64,000 nt of DNA from Felis catus (lineage: Eukaryota). A model generated the notes under the pieces. It searched no databases and was not told the origin of the DNA. It saw nothing but the letters and a program-made list of their open reading frames with translations. Shown here piece after piece: positions 39,222 through 57,655 of this stretch. Within the stretch, counting starts at the first letter, position 1, and every line of letters begins with the position of its first letter. The translations under genes and the position numbers were made by a program. The stretch covers positions 7,132,001 to 7,196,000 of the forward strand of contig NC_058369.1 of NCBI RefSeq assembly GCF_018350175.1, written 5' to 3'.

Positions 39222-39441
39222 TTTTAAATTTTTTTTTTCAACGTTTATTTATTTTTGGGACAGAGAGAGACAGAGCAGGAACGGGGGAGGGGCAGAGAGA
39301 GAGGGAGACACAGAATCGGAAACAGGCTCCAGGCTCCGAGCCATCAGCCCAGAGCCTGACGCGGGGCTCGAACCCACGGACCACGAGATCGTGACCTGGC
39401 TGAAGTCGGACGCTTAACCGACTGCACCACCCAGGCGCCCC
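39222..39441 (-). mobile_element. Young felid CanSINE
   Basis: Near-identical to the other young copies. Confidence 0.9.
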
Positions 39442-40646
39442 AATATACCTTTTTTTTCTTTTTGGAGTATCACAACATATTCTTGGGCTTTTCTTTCATT
39501 CACTATTTTATAATCAATTCCTGTCATTTATTTTGATGCTCCAGCTGCCCCACATTTGCCTTTTGAATCAGTGTCCCTTCAACATGAATCCTATTAGCCT
39601 TTAAACACAACCCTATTAGTCTTTAAGTGTAAAACAAAGCCCCAGTTCACTTTGTACTTTCTTGTTACAAACCTGTAACCAATGATTTCTCCAGAAAGCC
39701 TGTTTCCTTTTAGACACCAAGGTTGGTGTGATACATGGGCTCGGTGCTATTTGGGTATAATCCTGTCTAGGCCTTTCAGTGGATATCTAAAGTACATGTT
39801 TCCTTACTCGTAAGTTTGTACTCATATTTCCAGTAAAAGTTTAATATGGGATTTTTTTTGTTTGCTTTATCTTATTTTATACTCGTACCTCTTTTCTGTT
39901 ATAATAAACACTAGCATTAATATATTGTTTATGCTACAGTATGTGTATAGTGGTTTCAAAAAGTGTAATACCAATGTTAGTATCAACTGTAGATTTACTC
40001 AGTAAACTATTAAATTTATTTGCATTTCTTTTTGTCCTTATAGTTTATATTAAGGATATGAAGTTCAGAGTACTCTGCTCAAATATTTGCATGTACTCTG
40101 AGTCTTTGCATGGTTAGGTGATCAATTTGATACACTTCAGAGGTGAAGGCAAATTGCAGCTGAGAGGCTCTTTAAATAGGCACTGAACAGAAATATGTTA
40201 GCCCAGTCTGTAAGAGCAAAATATTTACTGGTTGTTGATTGGATGGAGCCAGGATTTTTAATAATATTGAATGTTGGGTACGGGGGCCCTAATTGGATGG
40301 AACCACAGTGTTACAGTTCTCGTAATACATCATAAGGCACCTCTTTTTTTCTCCAGTTTTAAAAAGAGGCAAAATTGGGCTGTCAAATGGAAAAGTTGTT
40401 GCAAATAATCACCCCTCTATTAATTAGGTTTTATATCATGAGTTTCCCCCCTTGAAGACCTTCTTTTAAATTACATTGGTCCTATTAACTATTTTACCTG
40501 GGGGTCCATGGGATTACATTTTAATAAGCCAATCCATGACTGCTAAAGATTGAATTTTAATTTATCATTCATTATGTTAGAGCAAATGTCTAATACGGGA
40601 TGTTTTAGGGCACTGAGTATTATGACTAGGGGAGATTTAGGCAAGG

Positions 40647-41515
40647 TGTTCAAGAAAAAAATATTCAGTGACATTTGTTAAAGATGGTAAGGCAAACTTT
40701 TCTTGGGGCATTGAGATAGGTGTAGGAATCACTGCAGTGGGAATTTACAGCGTAGGTGAGAGCTCGGGCTCTACTCCAACTGAGTACCGCATAAGTGGAA
40801 ATCTATAGCCAGGGACCGGAATCTATAGCCAGGTTAATGAATAGAAAATTACTAAGAGGAAACATCTGAGGTAAGGGGGATTCTGGCTAAAATGACCTAA
40901 CAGGGTTCTTACTGAAGACAGATCAGCGGGTGCCTGGGTGGCTCAGTCGGTTAAGTATCTGACCCTTGATTTTGGCTCAGGTCAAACCTCACAGTTTCAT
41001 GGGTTCAAGCCCTGCATCGGGCTCTGCGCTAGCAGCGTGGAACCTGCTTGAGATTCATTCTCTCCCCCCGCCCCCCCTGCCAGTCCTCCACCCATGCTGT
41101 CTCTGTCTGAAAATAAATAAACTTAAAAACAAAAGACAGGGGGACCTGGGTGAATCAGTTGGTTAAGCATCTGACTTAAGCTCAGGTCATGATCTCACCC
41201 CGGTCAGGCTGTGTGCTGACAGCTGGGAGCCTGGAGCCTGCTTCAGATTTTAACTGCCTCTCCCTGCCCTTCCTCTTGCGTGCGTGCGTGCGTTCGCACC
41301 TGCGCTGTCTGTGTGTCTGTCTGTCTCTCTGTCATATAAATAAACATTAAAAATAAATAATAAATAAAGGAGTGATCAGACATCACCTGGGAAATGGTAG
41401 AGGATTAGGAACTTGATCAGATATTGAGGGTGATCATGTAATTAAACTGACTTAATTAGGGTTCTTGCTAAAACTAGGTTTTACAAGGAAGTGCACAGAT
41501 AGTTCTAGGACACTG
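40647..41515 (-). mobile_element. MER31-like LTR with two tandem SINEs inside (about 40928-41368)
   Basis: Its reverse complement aligns with the LTR at 53126-53605 (tgtgcactt.cttgtaaaa ... agcaagaac). Confidence 0.65.
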
Positions 41516-42518
41516 AATGGCAAATGCTAGACACAAATTAATGCACACCATATGATTTGATATGAAGTTCAAAAACAGGCAGAATTACAGTTTTATAAGG
41601 CAGAATAGTGCTTCCATTTGGAGAGGAGAAAGGAGTAGTTTAGATGAGGCATATGAGTGCTTCGGGTCAAGAAATTCATGGTAGTGTACTGTACACTTAT
41701 AATTCTGAACTTGTTTGAATGTATAATTCAAAATGTTTGAAAAAGGAACTCAACTATAATTTCTAAATGTTTGAAAGAACCAACGAAATGAACATAAAGC
41801 ATAGGTAAAGAAGGAATAAAAAAGGCAAAATTTAATGGAAAAAAAAGGTGAGGTTTTTTCCAAAAAATTAATACATAAATAAATAAACTTTGGGCAAAGT
41901 CTGATTTAGCACTCCACCTACTCCATCCATCTTATACCTGTAAGACCTAGGGGAGAGGGTCACATCTTTTATGTGAGGGGTTTCTAAGCTGATTGATTCC
42001 CCATTGAAGTAGAGCAGTATTTGAAATGTATTCTGAGTTTATTTTATTTTGTTTGTTTGAATTATGCTAGTGCTTTAGATCAAAAGTTGAATCTCATTCA
42101 AGAGTTTTCTGAAAAATGATTGTTTTCCTGTTCTGACTTTATCTTTCCCAGAGCTAGTCCTAAGTTTGATAAGAAAAATCCTTGGGTGTATGTGTATGTG
42201 TTGGGGGAGGCAGAGGATAATATTCCTGATCTGTTCATATTTTTTCCCTAGCACTTATCACCAGCTGATAGAATACAAATTTATGTGTTTATTATCTGCT
42301 TGGGCCTTGGAAAGTGATAAAAAATCTAAGGTATGGGGCATTTTCTGTTCACTGCTCTCTCCTCATTGCCTACTGTGTTATGTTGCAAAGAGAAGGACCT
42401 TCAAGATACTTGCATAATGAATGAAGGCATAGGCTGATGTAAGGATTTGAAGGCAACTGGGGCTAGGTGGTTTTGCCAGCTGGATGAGCTCAAAGATGTC
42501 TAAATTAAATAAACCATT

Positions 42519-43480
42519 TGTGCTGGGGATCCTCAAGAACACCCTTATGCTCTGCAATGCAGTAGGATGCACAAGACTCCTGCTGTTAAACCCGTTATGG
42601 TTTATTACAACCAAAGGATACAGATTAGAATCAGCAAAGGGATAAGTAAGACACAGGATTAATTCCAGGACAAACCAGGCACAAGCATCCAGGTGTCTTT
42701 TCCCAGTGCAGTCAAATGGGCATTGCTTAATATTCCTAGTAATAATAAATTACCAAGGAAGCTCAGCTGATACAGTAGGCTGTTCAGTTGGGCTGTGGTA
42801 ACAAAAATCTAGATTGGGTGGCTTGTCAACAACAGACGTTTCTCACAGTTCTGATGGTTGGGAAAACTCAAGATCAAGACGCCAGCAGATTTGGTGTCAG
42901 GTTAGGACCTACTTACTGATTAATGAAGGCAGTCTTCTCACTGTGTCATCACATGGCAGAAGGGGCAAGGTAGCTCTTTGGGGTCTCTCACAAAGGCACT
43001 AATCCCATAATTACCTCTCAGAGTCTTCACCTCCACAAACTGTCACACTGGGGATTAGGTTTCAATATATGAAGATGCAGGGAGGTGCAAACATTCAGCC
43101 TATAGCACCTGAGCTCTGGTGTCCTAAGGTTTTATCGTGGGTCAGTCCTGTAGGCCTACACCACCTGCGTGACTGACTTCAGCCACTTAGGCTCCAGCCT
43201 GAGTTCAAACTGTTAGAACATTGCCCAAAGCCTCAGGCGTATAAAAACATGTTTACCGTAAATCAGTAAATCACGTTGTTAGCCTAAACTATCTGGAATT
43301 CACCCAGACTGGTATTGTGTGACCCAAGGCCTCAGGCATACAAAAACATTCTTACCAGGTGGGATAGTCCATGGACGTCTCCCACAAGCCCAGCCTAGAG
43401 TAGGTCTGAAGACAGGCCTTTCTCAGGAAAGTGCAGGATTTGAGCAACCCAGACCTGGGTTAATCATTTCTTGCACATCA
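42519..43480. mobile_element. MER21-like LTR interrupted by an MLT1A/MST-like LTR (about 42773-43107)
   Basis: aaaggatacagattagaatcagcaaaggg and aacattcagcctatagca motifs. Confidence 0.6.
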
Positions 43481-43991
43481 CCTTGTCACGGTCATCCAGG
43501 TATGTTAGAGAGTAACAGTAACCTCAGGAGTTCAGGCTTTTGAGGTAGAGTAACCTGTATTCAGACTCTGGCTCTTCCTAATTGGTGATCTTGGGTCAGT
43601 GACTACTCCTGTCTCAATGAGGTTGCCTCGGCTGTTAAATAGCAGTAATAGTTACTATGTTGGTAATCCTTTGAGCTACCACTGCTTGTGGCACAGAATA
43701 GGTACTCCGTAAGTGGCGACTGTTATGTATATTTCTGTAGTATACTACTCTACAGTTTCTAACGGCTTTTATGTAATACAGCTTTATCTTTTGCAGAGAG
43801 CTGACTAATGAATAATGCTTCATGATAGCTGAGTGATGCCTGTTGCTTAAAGATTGATGGTACGTGGCGAGAATCCACTGGTACTTAATCAAGAGGAATT
43901 GAGATTGACCTCTCCGCTAAATTCAGACACCATCTTGAGGGACTTTGGGAACGAGAAGGGTTCAGTCAGATTCTACTGTCACACCCACAGG

Positions 43992-48900
<4,909 letters not shown>

Positions 48901-49704
48901 TTGTGAAAAATCTTATAAATGTAAGAAGGGTAGGGGGTTTTGTTTTGTTTTTTCGGTTTTTTTGTTTTTTAGTTTTATCCTTCATTTGGGGGAAATATGA
49001 AAGCACACATTTGGTTTGAAAATGTGTGCACACATTTGAAAGCACACATAGGATTTGAAGAGATCCTATGACTGAAAGAGATATAGGAATGTCTTTGATC
49101 TTTGTTATTAGGAAACACAACTCACACTGGACAGGAATGGTAAATTATAAATGTAGGGAATGTGGAAAAAGGCTTTGTTTATTTTACATGTAGTAAGTCA
49201 TGTTAGATTATGAATGTAAAAGCAATACTTTCAGTAAATAACTTACATATATTTTTATAAAAATTGAAATCCTAAAAGGGTTTTTAAAATGAAAAGCCTT
49301 TGCTACAAAGGGTTTTTAAACAAAATCTATAAAAGTATAAAAATTTTGGTAAAGTATAGAGTACAAATTTTCACTTACTGCGTATAAGAAAATTGATACT
49401 TGGAAAGAAAACCAAGAAAAGCATTTTTATTTAAATAAGTTGCCTTTCTGTGTGTATGTCTTTTTTTCAAAGTAGACCCACAGTTTTAAAGACTAATGAT
49501 GTTGAACATCTTTTCATGTACTTATCATCCATTTATTGTTGATGAAGTGTATGTTCAATATCTTTTTTCTTGTTAGAGTCTTTGGTTATTATGAAGTTTG
49601 GTTTTCTTAACAGGTTTATTGAGGTATAATTGCCATGCAACAGATTGCACATATTTTAAGTGTACAGTTTAAGTTTTAATGCATGCACATATCCATGAAA
49701 CCAT

Positions 49705-50536
49705 CAGTTGTTTTCCTGTACACTAACAATGAACAAATAGAATTTGAAATTGCAAACACAATACTGTTCACACAACAAAATATGTACTAGATCTCTCTAG
49801 ATCTAGAGGAATACTGCAAAATTCTGATGAACAAAATCAAAGAACTGAATGAATGGAGAGATATTTAATGTTCATGGATATACTCAGTAATTGTCAAGGT
49901 GTTAGTTCTTCCCAATCTCACTAATGGGTTCAATCCAGACAAAATTCCAGCAACTTATTTTGTGGGTATTGACAAGCTGATTCTGATGTTTATATGAAGA
50001 AGCAAAAGACCTAGAATAGCTAACACAGCATTGAAAGAGAAGAACAAAGTTGGAGGACTGAAACTGCCTGCCTTCAAGACTTACTATAAACCTTGGGGCA
50101 GCTGGCTGCCTCACTAAGAAGAATGTGATCTTGGGGTCATGAGTTTGAGCCCCACGTTGGGTATAGAGATTACTTAAGATTAAAAAACTAGATCTACTAT
50201 AAATACATTAATTAAAACAGTGTGGTATTGATAAAAGAATAGATCAATGGAACAGAACAGAGAGCTCAAATAGGCCACATAAATAGTCAACTGATCTCTG
50301 ACAGAGGAGCAGAGGCAGTGGAATGGAGTAAAGATAATTCTTTCCAACATATGGTGCTGGAACAACCAGAAATCCACATGCAAAACCATGAATCTTTGCA
50401 GTCTATATTTATAAAGATTAATTCAAGATGCATTATAGACTTAAGTAGAAAACACAAAACTGTGAACTCCTAGAAGATAACATAGGAGAAAACCTGGATG
50501 TCCTTGGGTGTGGCAATCCTTTTAAAATAGAACATC

Positions 50537-50599
<63 letters not shown>

Positions 50600-51765
50600 A
50601 ACACCAAAGGCATGATCCATAAAAAGAAATAATTGATAAACTGGACTTTATTAAAATTTAATATGCTCTGTGAAAGACATTGTCAAGCAAGTGAGAAGAT
50701 GCACAGGTTGGGAGAAAATATTTGCAAAAGACGTATTTGGGTAAAGGACTGTTATCCAAAGTGTACAAAGAATATTAAAACAACAGTGAGAAAATAGCCT
50801 ATTAATAATTGGTCAAAGACCTTAACAGACACTTCTCCACAGAAGATGTACAGATGGCAAATAAGCATTTATGAAAAGAGGCTCCACACCATATGTCACC
50901 AGAAAAATACAAGTTAAAAGGAGATCCCACTACACGTCTATGAGAATGGCCAAAATCTGGAACACTAACAGCGCCAAATGCTTTGCTGGTGGGAATACAA
51001 AATCGTACAGCCAGTTTGGAATAGTTTGGTGGTTTCTTATAAAACTAAACATACTCTTACCAAATGATCCAGTATCTAGGGTCCTTGGTATTTCCCCAGA
51101 GAAGTTGAAAACTTCTGTCCGTTCAGAAACCAGCACATGCATGGTGTTGGGTTTTTTTTGTTTTGTTTGGTCATGGATGTTTATAGCAGTTCTATTCCTA
51201 ATTGCCAAAACTTCAGTAGGCAAATGAATATCTTCTAGGTAAATAAACTGGTGCATCCAGACAATGGAATATCCAGCATTTGAAAGGAATGAACTATCAG
51301 GATTTGTAAAGACCTGGACGCACCTTTCATACACATTACTAAATGAAAGAAGCCAATCTGGAAAGGTTATATCCTTTATGATTCCAACTCTATGACATCC
51401 TGGAAAAGGCAAACTTGGAGATCAGTGGTTGTCAAGAGTGGAGGGAGGTGGCTGGGGGTATGAATGGGCAAAGCACCTGGGATTTTGAAGGCAGTGAAAA
51501 TACCTTGTATGATGCTATAGTGGTGAATATGTCATTCTATATTTGTCGAAACCATAGAATGCACACCAAAAGTGAACCCCACGGGACTGCCTGATTATGA
51601 CATGTCAATGTTGGCTCATCAGTTGTAACAAATTAACCACTCAGGTATGAGATGTTAGTAATGGTAGAGGTTATGCATGTGTGGGGGCAGGGGTATATGG
51701 GAAATCTGTGTACCTTGCCCAGTTTCACTGAACCTAAAACTTGTTTAAAAAAAAAAAAGTCTTAA
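49705..51765 (+). mobile_element. L1MC-like 3' fragment
   Basis: ORF2 3' remnants, the same 3'UTR type as 18753-20800, and an A tail at about 51750. Confidence 0.75.
50537..50600. repeat. (TAAA)n microsatellite
   Basis: Direct reading. Confidence 0.95.
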
Positions 51766-52934
51766 AGTGAATAGAGATCTTGAACCCCCAAACTGTGGGC
51801 AGGGAGCAAGATGAAATAGGTCTCAAACTCTTCAGTTAAAAATATGGTCGTACGGGAAAGCAAGTATGATTCAGGTAGCAGAACTCCGCAAAGAATCAAT
51901 CATTCCTGTGGCTCAGTAGTGCCCCTTAAGGAATAGGCAAGATGTTCCTGTTTGACTTTCAGAATTGCTATGGACCATTGGCTGCAGTGGGTCTTCCATT
52001 CTTCCCACCGACCCACCCCCTTTCTTTCTATGATAAGCAGCCAGCATTTTATTATTTTTTTTAAGTTTATTATTTTTTTCAGTCTTCTCTTCACCTAGTG
52101 GGGTTCAAACTCCCGACCCCAAGATCAAGAGTCATGTGCTCTTCCAACTGAGTTAGCCAGGTGCCTCCCACCCATTTATTAATATGAATATCTCTTCTGA
52201 TTATCCTTTCCTTCTCTCACAATTATATGTTGAGTGTGTGGGGAGTAAATAGCTTGTCTCTTTACTTCACAAATCTTCAAACTGAGAATAACATACTCAA
52301 GCCAAACCTTTTAAAATAGCCTTTTCCAGATTGGCCCTGACTTGGATGTTAAGATTCTGGACATAGAACTTGAGTCTGATACTATAGGCACAAGATTTTG
52401 GCATGGTTTTAATAGGCAATGACTATTGTATGTGTGGAGGTACATAAAAAATTTGTGGCAGATTGATGGTTTTAAAACATGGCCCACAAATTCTTTGACC
52501 TTGTTGCCTTCCCTTGACTTTTACCTAGAGGAGTACAATATAAACGATGCCATATAATTTCCCAGTCTAGGCCATAAGGAGCCATGCAATTCCCTCCTGG
52601 TTATCTTCGCATGTTCTCTTTTGGGATACTCCCAGTTAGTATTCTTCCCTTGGAAACAAGGAGTTATACTGTAACATGGAGGGGCTACATGGAGATGCTT
52701 CTCTCAGCCGTCCAGCTGCCCTCAGCCTTCTAGCCATTTCACGGAAGGCACCAGATGCATGTATGAGTCCCCAGATGACTCCAGCCCTTGGCTTGAGCTG
52801 TGTGAGTCTTCCCAGGTAGGGAAGGCCCTGGTCATTGTAGGGCAGAGACAAGCCATTCATTCATTCCCACTGCATCTTGTCCAAATTCCTGACCTATGAT
52901 CTGTGAAAATAACAGAATGGTGGTGGTTCCACAC

Positions 52935-54413
52935 CAGCACTTTTCAAACTTTTTGACTTCAGGACTCCTTTATACTCTAAAATTGAGCATCTTTATTTTA
53001 TGGGCATTGTATCTGAGTATTTGACATATTAGAAAATAAGACATGTTTTAAATTTTTATAACTAATTTCATAGTGTACCTAACATTTATGAATAACTTTT
53101 TCAAAATGATAACAAATGTGAGAAGTGAGAGTCTCTTCTTGTCCAAACTTCAGTGAGGGTCCTGAACCTTCTCCTGGGTCCATCTGTGCACTTACTTGTA
53201 AAATCCAATTATAGCAAGAACCATGCTAACTCAGCAAGAGTTTCCCATTCTCCATTAATGAGCATTCTTGATACCTAGTTGGGTTCCTCATCCTCCACCA
53301 TCCTTCAGGTGGTTTCTAATCACCCTGGCCTGTCTTCAGCAAAGATTCTGTTAGGTCAGTTCAGCCAGAATCCCCCTTACCCCTGATCTTTTCTCAATAA
53401 TTTTCCACCCACTGACCTGTGTATCCTGTTCCTTGGCTGTAAGTTCCAACTTACCCATGCTGTATTCAGACTTAAGCCCAATCACTCCCCTTCCCCCTCA
53501 CTGCAAAGTCTTGTTGCAGTGGTCCCTATACCTGTCTCAATGGCTGAAAAAAGTCCACTTTACCATCTTTAACAGGTGTCTTTAAGTATTTTTTCTTCCT
53601 TACCAGATGAGTGACAAGTTTTACCAAAAAATTTTATAAATCATTTTGCCTAGCTTAATGACAACTGGAGTCTCGTACCTGCTTCTGAATTCAGTTTTTT
53701 CCCGTAAGTTGTTTCGGATGAAGTATATATAGAAAATTCGGTTTCAGTGAGATATATAATTGGAAAAAAGAAGTATTTTCAGATAATTTTGGATATTTGA
53801 TACTTCACCAGAACTCAACTAATGTAGTTTCTTAAAGGTCAGTTGCACTGTGAAGTATGAAGTTCTGTCAGTGAATTCTTCCTATTCTGTTACATTAAAG
53901 TCCATTGATTTTTCTTGTATTTTGAATCGATATTTTACCCATGCGCGACCTTGTGCCATCATGTGTTAGTCATATGGGAAATAGTTCACTACGTTATGCA
54001 TATTTTTCAAATGTTGGCCTATTTTATTATCCAGCATCAAGCATCATACACTAATACAATTCTTGATCATAGCAGAAAGGTTTGTAAATGTTAAGAAACA
54101 GCCAACATCATGGTCCCAGGTATATATTTTCTAAATTTTCTGTTGCCTCAAGGACATTTTTAAGGAAAACTGGATTTTTTATTTCTCATGAATATGTGGC
54201 AATAAGGAATACAATGTGGCACTTGCCGCCACTGTCTTGATTTCTGCTAAGGTGCTAGCACTTTTACCCACCATTGCTTTTATATCATCAATACAAATGT
54301 CAACACGATGAAAAGGTAAATAATAGAACTATTTTAACAATAGTCTTGGCCTCACAGACTGAAAGTGTCTGGAGTCCCTCAGCAGGCTGACAACCACATT
54401 TTGAGAACCACTG
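52935..54413. mobile_element. Charlie1-like hAT transposon inside an MLT1 LTR, itself carrying a MER31-like LTR (53126-53605)
   Basis: Terminal inverted repeats cagcacttttcaaac ... ttttgagaaccactg. MLT1 sequence on both flanks (about 52460-52934 and 54414-54467). Confidence 0.7.
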
Positions 54414-56166
54414 TTATGTATGACCATGTTTGGAGTGGTTTGTTATACTGCAGAAATAACTATAACAGCCTTAACTCTCTTCTTCATTGTTAGTCTCTTC
54501 AGTGGTCTAAACTATTAACTGGGAAAATCCCAGGGTTCTAGTGTGCTTCAGAAATTGGCTTTCTTTTTGCCCAAGTAGAGTGTGTGTGTTAAGGGCTCAG
54601 ACTGGAGCCTGACTAGAGCTGGAGTGTGGGTCCTTTCCCTTGTTGCTTTTGAGCTGTGTGTTTGGGGTACTTCCTTAGCCTCTCCTAAGCCCCATTTCCG
54701 TTTGTTAAATGAGATCATTAATACATCAGATGCTTTTGTTACTAAATGCCACGGAAACAGATTTCTAACAGTCTTGACTTAAAAGGGCTGGTGAGAGCTC
54801 ACAGTTATTTTGCACTTACTGTATGCCCTGAAAGCTTTCCATGGATTGAGTCACTTCATCACAGCTCTCTGAGGGAGCCTCTGTTCTTATTCGGTTTTAT
54901 GTGATTTATATGACATGAAGTATCCTCTGTCATTTCTGTTAGATTCTAGTTCAGTGTTTCACTTTAAATCATGCAGTTTTTAGAGCTAACAGGAACCCTA
55001 GTCACTGACTCCAGGCTTTGTGGCCTCATCCAGAATTAACAATAGCCAAATTGTGTTCCTCCAGGTTCTATATTACAAGTGGACAGATTTTCAGAATTAT
55101 TGTGTTCCTCTGGGCAGAGAACTCACAATTAGAACACAGGTATCTCCACACAGAAACCCATTGTTGATGTTGCAGCTGACCCAGAACTGCCAGCAGAACT
55201 GAATCTGCCCTTGCTTTCAAGATGTGGCCAACAACTGATTGTAAAGAATGTGAAACACGCATTTTGACGAAAGTGAATAGTTAGGACAGTAGACAGTCGT
55301 AGGCTGGGTCTTGACAGGAATGAAGACAAGCCCGTGGTTTTGCAGCTGTGAATGAATAATTTTTATGAGTTTTTTTTAATAGTTTTAATAATTTTTATCT
55401 CCCTATTTTACTCCTCCTGTTTATTTCCCCTCTCTTATTGTGGAAATTACACAGCAAATTTCATCCATTTGATTTCACATCATGTACAGTCTTTTTGTTG
55501 TTTTCCTAAGTTTATTTTGAGAGAGAGAGACAATGTGAGTGGGGGAGAGGCAGAGAGCAAGGAGGAGAGAATCCCAAGCAGGCTCCCCTCTGTCAGCACA
55601 GAGCCCGATGTGGGTCTCCATCTCTATGAAACTGTGAGATCATGATCTGAGCCTAAACCAAGAGTCGGACCCTCAACCAACTGAGCCACCCACACGTCCC
55701 TATACAGTCTTGTTAGACATCAAATATTTCAGAATATGAGTATGACAATAATTAAGGACATGATTTTATTATTAAATAAGGACATTATTATTATTATTAT
55801 TAAGCCACTTACTCACTAGATCCCAAGATAAACCTGAAAACTCCCCCCAGTGGTTGGTCGCAGAGACCTATTAAGTCAGAGTAAAATATCAACAAGACTG
55901 ACCTTTTTGCTTCTTAGTAGTTGTTCAGATTTAGAGCCACAAAAACTCCAGGAGAAATAAAAGGGATGTATATTTTCTCCTTTGTTTTGGCACTAGTAAC
56001 AGTACAAATGATTTGATTTCAGGTTATCCCAGTTATATGTGTTGATTTTCAGGAATCTCAAGAAAATGAAAAATTTGTTACTGTCATCAAGAGTACATCT
56101 GTCTATTATAAAAAAAAACTTAGCATTTGACAAGGGAAGGTAGATAATTTTAAAGTATACATGAGA

Positions 56167-56640
56167 GGGGCGCCTGGGTGGCTCAGTCGGTTGAGCGGCC
56201 GACTTCGGCTCAGGTCATGATGTCGCAATCCGTGAGTTCGAGCCCCGCGTCGGGCTCTGTGCTGACAGCTCGGAGCCTGGAGCCTGTTTCGGATTCTGTG
56301 TCTCCCTCTCTCTGACCCTCCCCCGTTCATGCTCTGTCTCTCTGTCTCAAAAATAAATAAGCATTAAAAAGAATTTTTTGGGGGGGCGCCTGGGTGGCGC
56401 AGTCCGTTGAGCGTCCGACTTCAGCCAGGTCACAATCTCGCGGTCCGTGAGTTCGAGCCCCCCCGTCGGGCTCTGGGCTGATGGCTCAGAGCCTGGAGCC
56501 TGTTTCCGGTTCTGTGTCTCCCTCTCTCTCTGCCCCTCCCCCGTTCATGCTCTGTCTCTCTCTGTCCCAAAAATAAATAAAAACGTTGAAGAAAAAAAAA
56601 AAATTAAAAAAAAAAATTTTTTTTTAAACAAAAAAAAAAT
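56167..56640 (+). mobile_element. CanSINE with a young CanSINE nested in its tail (from about 56382)
   Basis: Outer TSD aaagtatacatgag; two heads. Confidence 0.9.
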
Positions 56641-57436
56641 AAAGTATACATGAGCATTTAATGAAGCCAGAAGTTTTAGTTTTGGAATCCTGAAATCCCT
56701 CAGGTTTAGTTTTTGGAAATTTGTATTGAAATACATCTCCGTTCTTACCCCATATGTGGTACAATGATCTTGGTATTAGTGGTGAGAGGGACTTTTTTTT
56801 CTTTTTTTTTTTTTTTAATGTTTGTTTATTTGAGAGAGAGTGAGCAGGGGAGGGGCAGCACTGACAGCAGAGAGCCCAATGCAGGGCTCGAACCCACGAA
56901 CCGCAAGATCATGACCTGAGCCAAAGTTGGATGCTTAACTGACTGAGCCACTGAGGTATTTTTGTTTTTTAAACAAAAATTCTGGGGCACCTGGGTGGCT
57001 CAGTTGAGTGTCCGACTTCAGTTCAGGACATGATCTCACAACTCGTGAGTTCGAGCCCCACGTCAGGCTCTGTGCTGACAGCTCAGAGCCTGGAGTCTGC
57101 TTCAGATTCTGTGTCTCCCTCTCTCTCTCTGCCTCTAACCCACTCGCATTCTGTCTCTCTCAAAAATAAATAAACGTTGAAAAAAAATTTTTTTAAGAAA
57201 ATTCTAGAGTAGAAATTTTTTTTTTTTGATCTGAAAATTTGGTCAGTAATAATGCACAGATTGGAAATACAGAGGTTTCTAATCAAAGAAGAGTTACCCA
57301 TTGAGATTGAAGGCTTGTTTTCAGTTTGAGGTCTTTTTTTTTTTTTTTAAGAGATCAAAGATTCTAGGCAAATGCATGGCAAAGTGTTCCTGGATTTGTA
57401 GAAGCCTATGGTGGGTTGGTATAAATGTAGTTATTC

Positions 57437-57655
57437 TTTTTTTTTTTTTTTCAACGTTCATTTATTTTTGGGACAGAGAGAGACAGAGCACGAATGGGGG
57501 AGGGGCAGAGAGAGAGGGAGACACAGAATCGGAAACAGGCTCCAGGCTCCGAGCCATCAGCCCAGAGCCTGACGCGGGGCTCGAACTCCCGGACCGCGAG
57601 ATCGTGACCTGGCTGAAGTCGGACGCTTAACCGACTGCGCCACCCAGGCACCCCC
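57437..57655 (-). mobile_element. Young felid CanSINE
   Basis: TSD taaatgtagttattct. Confidence 0.95.

Noticed and set aside
55065..55139. Candidate non-coding read-through exon (ttcctccag|...CAG|gtatct)
   Set aside because: Weak donor and no independent support without transcript data.
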